Part shown: piece by piece, positions 1 through 8,945 of the stretch
Position numbering within the stretch: position 1 is the stretch's first letter
Layout: each line of letters begins with the position of its first letter
Source: Candidatus Micrarchaeia archaeon
Lineage (GTDB): Archaea; Micrarchaeota; Micrarchaeia; Micrarchaeales; Micrarchaeaceae
DNA length: 57,947 bases
NCBI GenBank assembly: GCA_049964795.1
Contig: JBMFWY010000003.1
Coordinates: forward strand, 1 to 57,947
Direction of reading: 5' to 3'
Translations under genes and position numbers: made by a program
Notes under the pieces: generated by a model
Database searches by the model: none
Told to the model about the DNA's origin: nothing
The model's input: the letters and a program-made list of their open reading frames with translations, nothing else

Positions 1-1
1 C

Positions 2-256
2 TCTTATGGCACTACGCCAGGATTTTACTCTATATATTCCACACCGTCAACAGCATACGGTTCGATAGGCACAGGTTATCCATACTCAAATGTTGCTTCG
101 GGATCTTCAACTTCTTATGTATACTCAACTTCATCTGCTTACATAACCCTTCAAAATTGGGGAACTGATCAAAATTGGGTAGTAACATACGTAAGACAAC
201 GAGCTGTGCCACCAAATGGAGTGATGCCTAGTGTTACCGTAGGCAGTGTCTCATAG
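2..256 (+). CDS. 3' end of a Ser/Thr/Tyr-rich surface protein ending in an 'R-x-R-A-x-PPNGVMPSV' motif (DUF2341-like); truncated by the window edge
   Basis: The frame from nt 2 is open to TAG 254-256 and reads ...ITLQNWGTDQNWVVTYVRQRAVPPNGVMPSVTVGSVS*. Not in the ORF track. Family assignment is from recall of the motif. Confidence 0.65.
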   Translation, partial: SYGTTPGFYSIYSTPSTAYGSIGTGYPYSNVASGSSTSYVYSTSSAYITLQNWGTDQNWVVTYVRQRAVPPNGVMPSVTVGSVS

Positions 257-265
257 GTTGTTAAT

Positions 266-868
266 ATGGAAAACGAAGCCAATACAGAAAATATAGGAAT
301 AACGGCCCAGGACGCAGGAACTCAAGAAAATATGCAGAAAAAAGCGCCAGGCAAAGGTAAGATAGTTTATTTTGCAATTATTATAGCAATAGTTGCTTCT
401 TTAGTCCTGTTGCTATTCTTACATTCACCTCATGTTCAATATAAGAAAACGTATCCTAACCTTACATCCACAGTATCCACAACGCAGTCTAATTTTACAC
501 CGCTTAACAACAGGTATGCAACAGGCAATAGAAGCAGCACAAACAACAACGTCGCTTTGAAAAGTTGTAGCGACTTCGCAGTTTCCACGCCTTTCTTCTT
601 AGACACAGAAAAAGGGGTATGCTACTGGAATGGCGGCAACCTCTCAATATATTATGGAGGGGGCAACAGCAGCTATATAAACTTTACAATAACAGGCCAA
701 AATGGCAAAAGGTATTTGGACTATGGCGCAAACAGCACGTGTCTTAAATATTATAGCAGTATTTATTTGCCGCCTCAGAACTATACAGTCTTAATAAATT
801 CAGGCGGAGGGGGAGGCAACTGCGGAGTAGCACTATTTTTATTTAATAGCTCGAATTCGCTAGTTTGA
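266..868 (+). CDS. membrane-anchored extracellular protein of unknown function
   Basis: N-terminal TM helix (IVYFAIIIAIVASLVLLLFL), Ser/Thr/Asn-rich linker and a beta-rich C-terminal domain with 4 Cys. Starts 9 nt after the upstream stop. Confidence 0.7.
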   Translation: MENEANTENIGITAQDAGTQENMQKKAPGKGKIVYFAIIIAIVASLVLLLFLHSPHVQYKKTYPNLTSTVSTTQSNFTPLNNRYATGNRSSTNNNVALKSCSDFAVSTPFFLDTEKGVCYWNGGNLSIYYGGGNSSYINFTITGQNGKRYLDYGANSTCLKYYSSIYLPPQNYTVLINSGGGGGNCGVALFLFNSSNSLV

Positions 869-991
869 GGGCATGCACAAGAGCGAGAACGCTCTTTGGT
901 TGAATAGTTTGTACGGATTTGCCTAGTGAAATTTATACGTAGGCGAGGTATTCAAAATTAAATAGAATTGAAATACGCAAAAAAGCAAGAA

Positions 992-1106
992 CGGGCCTGG
1001 CGGGATTTTCAACGCTTCTTTTTTCGCTTCAATCAAAGAAGCTTATTTGAACCCGCAGCCACCTGGTCCGAAGCCAGGCGCGCTGTCCAAGTTGCGCCAC
1101 AGGCCC
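992..1106 (-). tRNA. tRNA-Arg(TCG) with a 40-nt intron at 59/60 (intron 1006-1045)
   Basis: Acceptor stem GGGCCTG/CAGGCCC; anticodon arm CCTGG-CT-TCG-GA-CCAGG; the T arm is interrupted by a bulge-helix-bulge (TTCA/TGAA helix, two AAT bulges). Confidence 0.93.
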
Positions 1107-1181
1107 ACTAATAATTTGCTCTAGAAAGATACAAAAAGACGCGCTAATTTGAAGATTCGAAAATATCAAGAATCATCGCGT

Positions 1182-1931
1182 TTACCGCTGCCTGAAATGA
1201 AATTTTTCAGAATCCGAAAAATACCTGAAATTTTCGAGCCGGGTTTGCCTTATTCTTTGCATTGTCTTCCAGTATTCACGCGTATTGCTCATGAAAGAGT
1301 CATTGCCAATGTTCTTAAGTATTGCATTGATTGTCTTGCTGTCTGAAGGATACCCTGAGCCTATTTTCTGCCTTAGAGACTTTTCAAGCTTTTTCACTTC
1401 TGCATCCCTAGTCACTTTGGCAATTATGCTTGCAGCTGAGACTATAGGGTACCTAACATCTGCCTTGTGCTCTGCTATTATCTTAGTGTATTTCTTTCCT
1501 GCTTCAAGCTTTGATTTTATCCCTACAACTTTAGTTGGCTTGCTTGTCTGAGTATTGACGCGTATGGCAAACTTCTCCGCTATTACATCAGGAGAGTCGA
1601 GATATAGGTAGCTTGTTTCGCTTGAGACGCTGTCGAAAAGCCTCGAGAAGTGCATCGCTTCGAGTTCATTGAGCGAGATCTTGTTTTTCATCGCATCGTT
1701 TATCTCTTGAGGCGTTATTATGCTTACCTTTTTTTCAATGGCGAGATTTTCTATTTCGCCGTAAAGCTCTTCGCGGCGCTTTCTTGAAAGCATCTTCGAG
1801 TCCCTAACCCCTATATCTGCAAGCTTTTTCTCAGAATCCTTTCTGAATACTACAAGCGCAACTACAAGAGGACCTATTACAGCGCCCCTGCCTGCTTCGT
1901 CGCCGCCGCATACCAGCATAGGATTACCCAT
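1182..1931 (-). CDS. rnhB: ribonuclease HII
   Basis: DEAGRG, RDSK, VSAASIIAKVTRD and GSGYPSD motifs. Confidence 0.95.
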   Translation of the reverse strand: MGNPMLVCGGDEAGRGAVIGPLVVALVVFRKDSEKKLADIGVRDSKMLSRKRREELYGEIENLAIEKKVSIITPQEINDAMKNKISLNELEAMHFSRLFDSVSSETSYLYLDSPDVIAEKFAIRVNTQTSKPTKVVGIKSKLEAGKKYTKIIAEHKADVRYPIVSAASIIAKVTRDAEVKKLEKSLRQKIGSGYPSDSKTINAILKNIGNDSFMSNTREYWKTMQRIRQTRLENFRYFSDSEKFHFRQR

Positions 1932-1972
1932 CGCCTAAAGTAAGAAAAAGTAAAATAAATATAAAAAAGAAA

Positions 1973-2227
1973 TTAAGCTATGTTCTTTCTGTCGACTACT
2001 ATATAATCGTTTACCGCCATTACTGCAGCATAGGGTATTTTTATCTGGCCGCCTTCAGCCTTGAGCTTGCTTGAGAAACTGCTGTCCATGTTCGGCTCGA
2101 CAAGTATATTGTTTATCTTGCCAGTAACCTCACTTATTTCAGCATCAACAAACCTTCCTACATCAAATCCGTCGCTTGTAACGACCTTTCTCCCAACAAG
2201 CTGCTTGGCTATAATATATTTCACCAT
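1973..2227 (-). CDS. PRC-barrel domain protein (CdpB-like)
   Basis: LVGRKVVTSDGFDVG...IPYAAVMAVNDYIVV pattern. ATG 2227 follows a GGTGA SD. Confidence 0.85.
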   Translation of the reverse strand: MVKYIIAKQLVGRKVVTSDGFDVGRFVDAEISEVTGKINNILVEPNMDSSFSSKLKAEGGQIKIPYAAVMAVNDYIVVDRKNIA

Positions 2228-2304
2228 GTTTTTCACCTTGGCTTTCTAAATTTATATGAAGTCTACAATTTATTAATCTTATCTATTCTTGACCAAATGT
2301 GGAA

Positions 2305-2829
2305 TTACTGCTTCTCGCTGATGAAAATCCTGTTTGTTATGCCAAATCTGCTTCTCTTTATTAGCTCCATGCTCTCTAGCTTTTTGAGCATGCGGTGAAC
2401 TTTTACCTTGGAGAAGCCGCTCTTTGCAACCAAGTCGGACTGTAGCATGCCTTCTTCCCCCTCTATTATGCTTAGAATCTTTTTCTCTTCTGGAGTGAGC
2501 ATGCTGCTTAAAAGCGAGGATTTTGCGCTTTTTATTTGCTGCATTGCGTGCTTCTGGAGGCTTTGCTTTACAGTATAGTTACGGTACTTTAACATTGTCA
2601 AGCCGGAAATTATGAGCAGCAATCCGCCTATGAAGGGTATTATGAAGTTGAAGAATACGTTTATCACATTTATCCGTATGTCATAAATTGAATTTAAAGG
2701 AATCCCCCGTATAAAAGCTATAATCATATATGTTCCTTTTATTGCTGAAATAAGCAGAAGAAAAGAACCGACTACAAGTACTAATATCCCGAAAGGCTCT
2801 ATATTTTTCCTGCTTACGACAAAATCCAA
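2305..2829 (-). CDS. membrane-anchored winged-helix protein (2 TM + C-terminal wHTH)
   Basis: Two hydrophobic helices, then LTPEEKKIL...QSDLVAKSGFSKVKVHRMLKKLE. TTG start with GGTGG SD. Confidence 0.8.
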   Translation of the reverse strand: MDFVVSRKNIEPFGILVLVVGSFLLLISAIKGTYMIIAFIRGIPLNSIYDIRINVINVFFNFIIPFIGGLLLIISGLTMLKYRNYTVKQSLQKHAMQQIKSAKSSLLSSMLTPEEKKILSIIEGEEGMLQSDLVAKSGFSKVKVHRMLKKLESMELIKRSRFGITNRIFISEKQ

Positions 2830-2999
2830 TATTCCACCGATTTTTAGTTATAGTGATGCTTTGGGCTTTAAGCCTAAGCAAGGCCTACAGAGTGATATTA
2901 TAGGAGGCTAGGCAAAAAATAAATACATGTATGTGGCTCTGATATTAAGGCAAAATCCAAAAAGCGCTGTGTTTTTGTAAGTATGCGGCAAGTGATTAA

Positions 3000-3326
3000 A
3001 CGGAAAAAGGGATTTTATTTAAGGAGAAGCAGCTTAGTATACTTCTTGCACTTCGTGATTCTTCGAAGAGCTGGAGCATTTCTGAGCTGGCAAAATCCAC
3101 GGGCACCACATATGCGCATGCATGCAATTTTATAATATCATGCGAAAAGGCAGGAATTACTTCAAGCGAAAAGCACGGCAAACTTAAAGAGATAAAACTG
3201 AGTGACAAAGGCAAAAGAATAGCCGAAGCGCTTACCGAAGTCAAATCGCTGATGATGCAGAGCACTGCAGGACAGCAAGCAGAGCAAAAACCTTCTAATT
3301 CACAGCCGCAGGCGGAAGAAGTGTAA
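3000..3326 (+). CDS. MarR/ArsR-like winged-helix protein with an apparent ACG start (not in ORF track)
   Basis: A 108-codon open frame directly after TAA 2997-2999 reads (T/M)EKGILFKEKQLSILLALRDSSKSWSISELAKSTGTTYAHACNFIISCEKAGITSSEKHGKLKEIKLSDKGKRIAEAL... An SD-like AAGTGA lies 4 nt upstream. Confidence 0.75.
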   Translation, partial: TEKGILFKEKQLSILLALRDSSKSWSISELAKSTGTTYAHACNFIISCEKAGITSSEKHGKLKEIKLSDKGKRIAEALTEVKSLMMQSTAGQQAEQKPSNSQPQAEEV

Positions 3327-3375
3327 GTTGTTTTGTTCTATGAAAGCGAAGGCTAGCACGCTTTTTTAAAATGCT

Positions 3376-4692
3376 TTATACCTTTATTATAGGTGACAAT
3401 TCACCCAAACCTATGCTTTTAAGCAGAGCTTCAGGATTGTCATAGTAAGCCTTGACTGCCTCGCTTATCTCGGAAACGCTTCTTCTGTTCAGCTTATTTA
3501 GCTGCTCTAATACCATTGCGCGCACGCGCTCTTCTGCCAAAATATCAGGAGGGGGCAACCCCAGAATCTGGGATAGTGCATCCCTATAAGTAACACTTGG
3601 CAATATCGGAGATGATTTGAAAGTCTTATAATCAAATTTGTAAAGGTCTGAAAGCAGCACTTGTGTTTCTATTCCTGAGAGCTCGGATATCTGTATTATT
3701 TTTCTAACAGGCATTCCATTTCTGTATACTTGCGACAGGACTATAAGCGCGTCTATTACAGGAATGATGTCCTTTGGCACGTTCATTGGGGAGTGTTGCA
3801 GCCTATTTATTATATCTCTTGAAGAAGAAGCGTGTATTGTGCCCATCACTATTTTGCCTATGTTCATCGCGGTTATCATGTCATTGGCCTCCTCCCCTCT
3901 AACTTCTCCTATTATTATCATGTCGGGCCTCATTCTTAGTGCATTCTTGACAAGATCTTCCATTGTCATGTCTTCACTAGTCTCAAGGTTAACGCAATTT
4001 TCCTGCGTGGAAGTGTCAAGCTCGTATGTTTCTTCTATTGTGACTACGCGTTGCTCCGGCCTGAGGAAAGAGAATAGGGAATTGAGCAAAGTAGTCTTAC
4101 CAGCCGCAGGCATTCCTCCTATAAGCAAGTTGGCGGGCCTCACCTTGAAACCATCCATATAAAGCCAGAGCCTTGCTGCTATGCTGTAGTCGAGCGTGCC
4201 CTTGTTTATCAAATCTATTACGCTGTAAGGCGCTTGCCTAAAGTTCCTGATTGTGATATCGTAGCCGCGGGGCGATGATATTATGTTCACCCTGCTTTTT
4301 GAAGGAAGATGCACATCTAGTATGTTGCCCTTCGCCACAGAGTTTGTAGAAAATAGCTTAAGCTTAGCAACGAATTTTGAGAGCTCATACGTGGAGCTTA
4401 TTCTTTCAGGTGTTTTTATCTGACCCTTCCTTGAATCGTAAACAAAAATGTTCTGTGTGTTGTTTATCATTACGTCCTCAATATTTTCGTCATCCAGCAT
4501 TTTGCTTATAGGGCTCAGATCGGCCATGTCTTGAAAAATAGATTCCAATCTTTCAGGGCTTATGCTGGGATCGAGAGCCTTTGCCACTTCCATTATCATC
4601 TGCTTTTTCTGCTCATCACTTTCGACATTTACAAATTTTCCCTCTAGCCTGGCAAGAATTTTCATCTCGAGCTCTTCGTCTTTATCTTCCAT
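3376..4692 (-). CDS. type II/IV secretion system ATPase (CpaF/VirB11/FlaI family)
   Basis: Walker A GMPAAGKTT, TIEETYEL, ALRMRPD, Walker B IIIGEVRG, and GTIHA. Confidence 0.9.
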   Translation of the reverse strand: MEDKDEELEMKILARLEGKFVNVESDEQKKQMIMEVAKALDPSISPERLESIFQDMADLSPISKMLDDENIEDVMINNTQNIFVYDSRKGQIKTPERISSTYELSKFVAKLKLFSTNSVAKGNILDVHLPSKSRVNIISSPRGYDITIRNFRQAPYSVIDLINKGTLDYSIAARLWLYMDGFKVRPANLLIGGMPAAGKTTLLNSLFSFLRPEQRVVTIEETYELDTSTQENCVNLETSEDMTMEDLVKNALRMRPDMIIIGEVRGEEANDMITAMNIGKIVMGTIHASSSRDIINRLQHSPMNVPKDIIPVIDALIVLSQVYRNGMPVRKIIQISELSGIETQVLLSDLYKFDYKTFKSSPILPSVTYRDALSQILGLPPPDILAEERVRAMVLEQLNKLNRRSVSEISEAVKAYYDNPEALLKSIGLGELSPIIKV

Positions 4693-4788
4693 TTAGGCCG
4701 CCACAAAAACCATTCTCAGTTCTATTTTTATTGTATGGCAAAAATTAAAAAGAGTAGCAAAGGATGTCGCAAAACAAATTGAATGGAG

Positions 4789-6090
4789 TTAAGAGGCTTT
4801 TGGAAGTATGTTGTCCACTATAAAAAGGGGTTTGAACTTCACAATTGCGCCGTAGGATTCACCTGTGCCAAGGTAAAGTATAGGTATGCCTGTTTCCTTT
4901 GCTATTGAAAGGGCATTGCCGCCTTTTGCATCGCAGTCCAGTTTTGTAAGTATTATTCCATCTATTTTGGCAACATTGTTGAATTCCTTGATTTGGCCTG
5001 CAAGAGCAGAACCTGCAGTGCTCTCCGCTACAAATATAGTAAGATCAGGCTTTGTGACGCGCACGAGCTTTTGTATCTCGCTTATCAAATTTTTGTTTGT
5101 CTCTTGCCTGCCGGCGCTGTCTATCAGCACGACTTCTATACTCTGCGCCTTTGCATGTGCAATCGCGTCGAAAGCAACACTGGAGGGATCTGCGCCATAT
5201 TTGCTTTTTACAACGGGGACGCCTACCCTATTCGCATGATACTCTGTCTGTTCTATTGCTGCGGCCCTAAATGTATCGCTTGCGGAAATCAATGCGCTAA
5301 TGCCATTCTGCTTTAACATGTATGCTATCTTTGCTATGGTGGTGGTCTTGCCCGTGCCATTCGGACCGAGGAAAAGGATTTTGACGGGCAGCAGGTTTTG
5401 GCGGGCTCTTGCTTTTACAAACTCCAAAAGGTCTACACCCTCCTTTTCACTTGACAGCAGTGATATCATTGACTCGCGGACTTTGTCTATAAACTCAGAA
5501 TCCGCTTTTGAAGGAGAAACCTTCATGCCTTTGAGGCTTTCGCGGATTGACTCAGAAAGCTCTTCTGCAACACCGTAGGAGACATCGGCCTCAAGGAATG
5601 AGATTTTTACCTTATCCACGAATTCAGAAATTTCGTTGTCACTCAGCGTTATACTTCCCGCAAATACGCCTTTTATCTTAGAAGCAAAAGAAACTTTAAG
5701 CAGCTTTTCTTCGCGCTTTGGAATTTTGTCTGTTTTATCCTCAACGCTGCCTGCACCTTCTATTGCTTCTCCTGAAATTTTCCCGCTTTCTTCATGAGAT
5801 TCAAACTTTTCCCTTGTGCCAACATTCTGCACCTCCTGGCCCGGTTCCTTTTTTATTTCGATACTTTTTTCAGCTGCCGGGACACTTTGGATCGGGCTTG
5901 CCTCCTTTTTTTCTTTCTGCTTTGAAACTTTTTCGTTTTTCGTTTCTTCTTCTGCTTCTGCAGCTTTTTGATTTGGAGATAAAGCAATAGGTTCTTCCTT
6001 TCGCACGGATTCGCGCGCTTGCTCTGCTTCCTCCTTCTTTATTATGCCTTTTATAGCACCGGATATCTTCTTTCTAAGTTCTTCAAACAT
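4789..6090 (-). CDS. ftsY: SRP receptor FtsY
   Basis: MFEELRKK start, GPNGTGKTTTIAK, DTFRAAA, DSAGR and TKLDCDAKGG motifs, plus a charged N-terminal region. Confidence 0.95.
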   Translation of the reverse strand: MFEELRKKISGAIKGIIKKEEAEQARESVRKEEPIALSPNQKAAEAEEETKNEKVSKQKEKKEASPIQSVPAAEKSIEIKKEPGQEVQNVGTREKFESHEESGKISGEAIEGAGSVEDKTDKIPKREEKLLKVSFASKIKGVFAGSITLSDNEISEFVDKVKISFLEADVSYGVAEELSESIRESLKGMKVSPSKADSEFIDKVRESMISLLSSEKEGVDLLEFVKARARQNLLPVKILFLGPNGTGKTTTIAKIAYMLKQNGISALISASDTFRAAAIEQTEYHANRVGVPVVKSKYGADPSSVAFDAIAHAKAQSIEVVLIDSAGRQETNKNLISEIQKLVRVTKPDLTIFVAESTAGSALAGQIKEFNNVAKIDGIILTKLDCDAKGGNALSIAKETGIPILYLGTGESYGAIVKFKPLFIVDNILPKAS

Positions 6091-6517
6091 GCAAATCCTG
6101 CTGCTCTGAAAGCTTATATGATATCTCAAGCAAAGCGTCTTCTAGCCTGTCCTTTTCGACCGTTAGCTTATTCAAGTATTCGCTTCTGCTTTTTAGAATT
6201 TCCGCGACGAATTGCTTTGCTGAAGTTATGTCTTTTTCTACCAGGAATCCGGCGCCCACTTCCACAAGTGCCTTCCCATTCGGCTCTGCTATCGCATGCA
6301 CGAGCATGTGTTTGCCTGAGGGCACGAGCATTCCTTTACCTTCCATAGAATCCAAGCTTGAAAGCGTTTCAGAAGATCTATTAAGATCTTCAATGTCTTC
6401 GATGACGCGTCGGATTTCGGAGGTCACTGAAGAGTACCTATCGCTATATATATCGTTTAGATACCGTAGGCTTTCTATCGCGTCCGGCAACGCCACTCCT
6501 TCTTTTTCGTTTGGCAT
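6083..6517 (-). CDS. pfdA: prefoldin alpha subunit
   Basis: Coiled coil-beta hairpins (LVPSG...LVEVGAGFLVEK)-coiled coil; conserved position upstream of ftsY. Confidence 0.88.
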   Translation of the reverse strand: MPNEKEGVALPDAIESLRYLNDIYSDRYSSVTSEIRRVIEDIEDLNRSSETLSSLDSMEGKGMLVPSGKHMLVHAIAEPNGKALVEVGAGFLVEKDITSAKQFVAEILKSRSEYLNKLTVEKDRLEDALLEISYKLSEQQDLHV

Positions 6518-6638
6518 TTTTTACCACGTTTACGGGAGAATTTCAAATACATGCGGATCTATTCCAGCACACACATAATCAGTTATTTGATGCAACAAAC
6601 AAAATAAATGCTTTGGTATATTGGAAGGCAGAAAAATG

Positions 6639-7313
6639 CTAAGGAGTAAGGTCAAGTCCTTCCATAAGGCGCTGAAGCTCGAAACCTGTCGTATCTTTTC
6701 CCACAACTGCGCCCTTGGAGTTTGCTATGGCGGAAATCCCTAGATATAATGACCCGGTATTTGCGGTTGATTTTATAGGTTTGAACTTCGTTGCTTGGCC
6801 TATAATTCCTTCCTCACTTTCAGTGCTCCTGTTGTTCACTACTATACCCTTGTTAGTAAGCATGTTGCTTGCTCCAACAGTCTTGTATCGCATGCTTGGC
6901 CCCTTCAGCACTTCGACGCCTAGTATGTCGCTTATCTGCTTCATGTCCTCGGGAGTGTATTCGGGGTTTACTATTGCTATTTTGTCGTTTGCGAGTATAT
7001 TGTTCCCTATCGCGTTAAGCTCGCTGTCCACAACGCCGATGTTTATACCCAAATTCTGCTCTTTGAGCCTTTCTACTTCCACTTTTTCCACAAGATTGGA
7101 CAATAGGATGCCGTTTGAGTTGGCGCGGGAGAAAATTCCCACCAAGTCAGAAAAGGATATTGTAAGATCAACATGCTGCGCAGCAAGGGCCTCCTCCATC
7201 ACAATTTTATCTTTTTCTGGTATGCCTGCACCAACAAAGATAAAATTTTCAGAAGCGGTGGCGAAAGCGCCAATGTGGCTGCTATTCCTTATTGAATAAA
7301 GTATTGTGCTCAT
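6639..7313 (-). CDS. eif6: translation initiation factor aIF6
   Basis: HIGAFATA, NAIGNNILAND and ANSKGAVVGKDTTGFEL motifs; follows rpl31e. Confidence 0.93.
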   Translation of the reverse strand: MSTILYSIRNSSHIGAFATASENFIFVGAGIPEKDKIVMEEALAAQHVDLTISFSDLVGIFSRANSNGILLSNLVEKVEVERLKEQNLGINIGVVDSELNAIGNNILANDKIAIVNPEYTPEDMKQISDILGVEVLKGPSMRYKTVGASNMLTNKGIVVNNRSTESEEGIIGQATKFKPIKSTANTGSLYLGISAIANSKGAVVGKDTTGFELQRLMEGLDLTP

Positions 7314-7780
7314 TTTGACTCCTTCGGAGCGCTTGCTTCAGCCTTTGCCTCCTTTTTCTTTGGAAAGGTTTGCTTCAGCTTGGGCTCCTGCTTCGCATTT
7401 GCGGGCTCCGGCTTGCCTGCCACGGCGCTTGCGGCGCTATGGCCGTTCTTTGCCTTCTCCGGGAATAGCCTTGCATTCATCTTGCCAAAGCTTCTGCTCT
7501 TTGCAGCAGCGCGCTTTGTTATTATTGAACGCTCGAAGGGCTTAGCAGTTGCTACGCCATTGTCAAGGCTCACGCTAAGCTTAAGCTTTTTCATGCTTTT
7601 AGAGTAATGCTTCATTATCATATTATTGAGCTCAATGCTTAGCTTGACGTTTTCGGGGCTGAGCTTCATGTGCTTTGCAACCTTTTCGCGCACATAGCCT
7701 GCTGCACGCACGAACCTCTTGTTCCTTGCCTGCTTCAGCAGGAAATTTCTCATATTTACAGTAATTAGCGTTTCTGCCAT
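7310..7780 (-). CDS. rpl31e: 50S ribosomal protein L31e with a long basic C-terminal extension
   Basis: ITVNMR...RAAGYVREKVAKHMK...VKLSIELNNMI core; located between rpl39e and aIF6. Confidence 0.85.
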   Translation of the reverse strand: MAETLITVNMRNFLLKQARNKRFVRAAGYVREKVAKHMKLSPENVKLSIELNNMIMKHYSKSMKKLKLSVSLDNGVATAKPFERSIITKRAAAKSRSFGKMNARLFPEKAKNGHSAASAVAGKPEPANAKQEPKLKQTFPKKKEAKAEASAPKESK

Positions 7781-7790
7781 AAATAACACC

Positions 7791-7949
7791 TCAATCCTTG
7801 ATCTTCAGCTTCCTGCTCCTCCAGCTCCTGGCATAATTGTTGCTCTGCAGGCGCCTGTGGGTTCTTATCATAGCAAGAGCGGGAAGACGCCTGTTCCTCT
7901 TAGCCATCTTTGCTAAGCGCCTCTTTTTTACAACGCTTTTCTTGGACAT
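7791..7949 (-). CDS. rpl39e: 50S ribosomal protein L39e (52 aa; not in ORF track)
   Basis: Translates MSKKSVVKKRRLAKMAKRNRRLPALAMIRTHRRLQSNNYARSWRSRKLKIKD; syntenic position. Confidence 0.92.
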   Translation of the reverse strand: MSKKSVVKKRRLAKMAKRNRRLPALAMIRTHRRLQSNNYARSWRSRKLKIKD

Positions 7950-8005
7950 TGGACCATCATTAAATATTGAATATCAACCAAGCTTTTTATTTTGTGGTAT
8001 TAGTT

Positions 8006-8320
8006 TTACTTGTGCCTGAAGCTTATTTTGGGCTCAGGCCTATATGTGAGTTTTTGAAGAAGCTGAAGAAACTGGGCTTCTGTGAGCTTTGATGCGAGCC
8101 TGTTGCTTTGCACAAGCGATATTATGAGGTCTGCAAGCTGTAGGTATAGCTCCCTATTTGAAGCGCGTATGTTCATCATCCTCTCGTATGAAGCATCGTC
8201 CAGAAATCTCCGTAGCACCTCTTTTCTCTGCTGCTCTGCCTCTGCTTCCTTCAGCGCTTTAGCCCACGCCTTCTTAAGTTCAGCATTGTTTTCAGTTGCA
8301 TTGCCGTTGGGCATTGGCAC
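8006..8320 (-). CDS. PDCD5/TFAR19-family DNA-binding protein
   Basis: QRKEVLRRFLDDASYERMMNIR pattern; located between rps19e and rpl39e. Confidence 0.85.
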   Translation of the reverse strand: MPMPNGNATENNAELKKAWAKALKEAEAEQQRKEVLRRFLDDASYERMMNIRASNRELYLQLADLIISLVQSNRLASKLTEAQFLQLLQKLTYRPEPKISFRHK

Positions 8321-8339
8321 TCACCCGCTAGAAAGCTAG

Positions 8340-8756
8340 CTACTGCTTCCCTTGTGATATTTGGGAGGCTATTTTGTCAAGGAAGGATTTTCCCTGCGGG
8401 GTTATCACGCGGCCGCCCTTTGCGCTTTTTACAAGCTTTGCGTTCTCGAGCTCTTGCAGCATGTCCCTTATTATGCCCCTCGCGGCGTTGACATGATGAT
8501 GCCTGTGCACCCCGTGCTCCTTTTTGTTTCCGTAGCGCGTTGAAAGCCTCTGCACGCCTATCGGACCATTAACATATATCTGCCTTAGCAATGAAGCGCT
8601 GCGAACATACCAGAAATCCTCATCTTTTGGGGGCCTTTCCTTGCCGGCACCTGACTTCACATAATTTATGTACTCTTTCTTTTTGATCTTGTCCTTCAGC
8701 GCAATTGCTGCGGCTGCGACAAGCTCTGAGGGCTTCACTTCATACACATTAGACAT
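8340..8756 (-). CDS. rps19e: 30S ribosomal protein S19e
   Basis: VKSGAGKERPP, FWYVRSASLLRQIY and GRVITPQGKSFLD motifs. ATG 8756 follows GGTGA. Confidence 0.95.
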   Translation of the reverse strand: MSNVYEVKPSELVAAAAIALKDKIKKKEYINYVKSGAGKERPPKDEDFWYVRSASLLRQIYVNGPIGVQRLSTRYGNKKEHGVHRHHHVNAARGIIRDMLQELENAKLVKSAKGGRVITPQGKSFLDKIASQISQGKQ

Positions 8757-8945
8757 TATTTCACCTAGATTAAATCGCATGCTCAAACTGCAAAATTGAA
8801 AAGCAGCTAGATTTTACAGATAGCTTTTGATGAGGCAAGGTATTAATAGTTTTTGCTTTTGGCAGCTGCGCCTGCCTGCTCTGACCCTACAAATGAGATA
8901 GAGGCAGACAAAAGGCAAGAGAAGCGAAGAAAAGGGGAATTTCCT

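Noticed and set aside
30-215. 61-aa minus-strand ORF in the track
   Set aside because: It is antisense to a better plus-strand frame (2-256) that carries a recognisable C-terminal motif.
2996-3265. 89-aa minus-strand ORF
   Set aside because: Shadow of the plus-strand wHTH frame 3000-3326.
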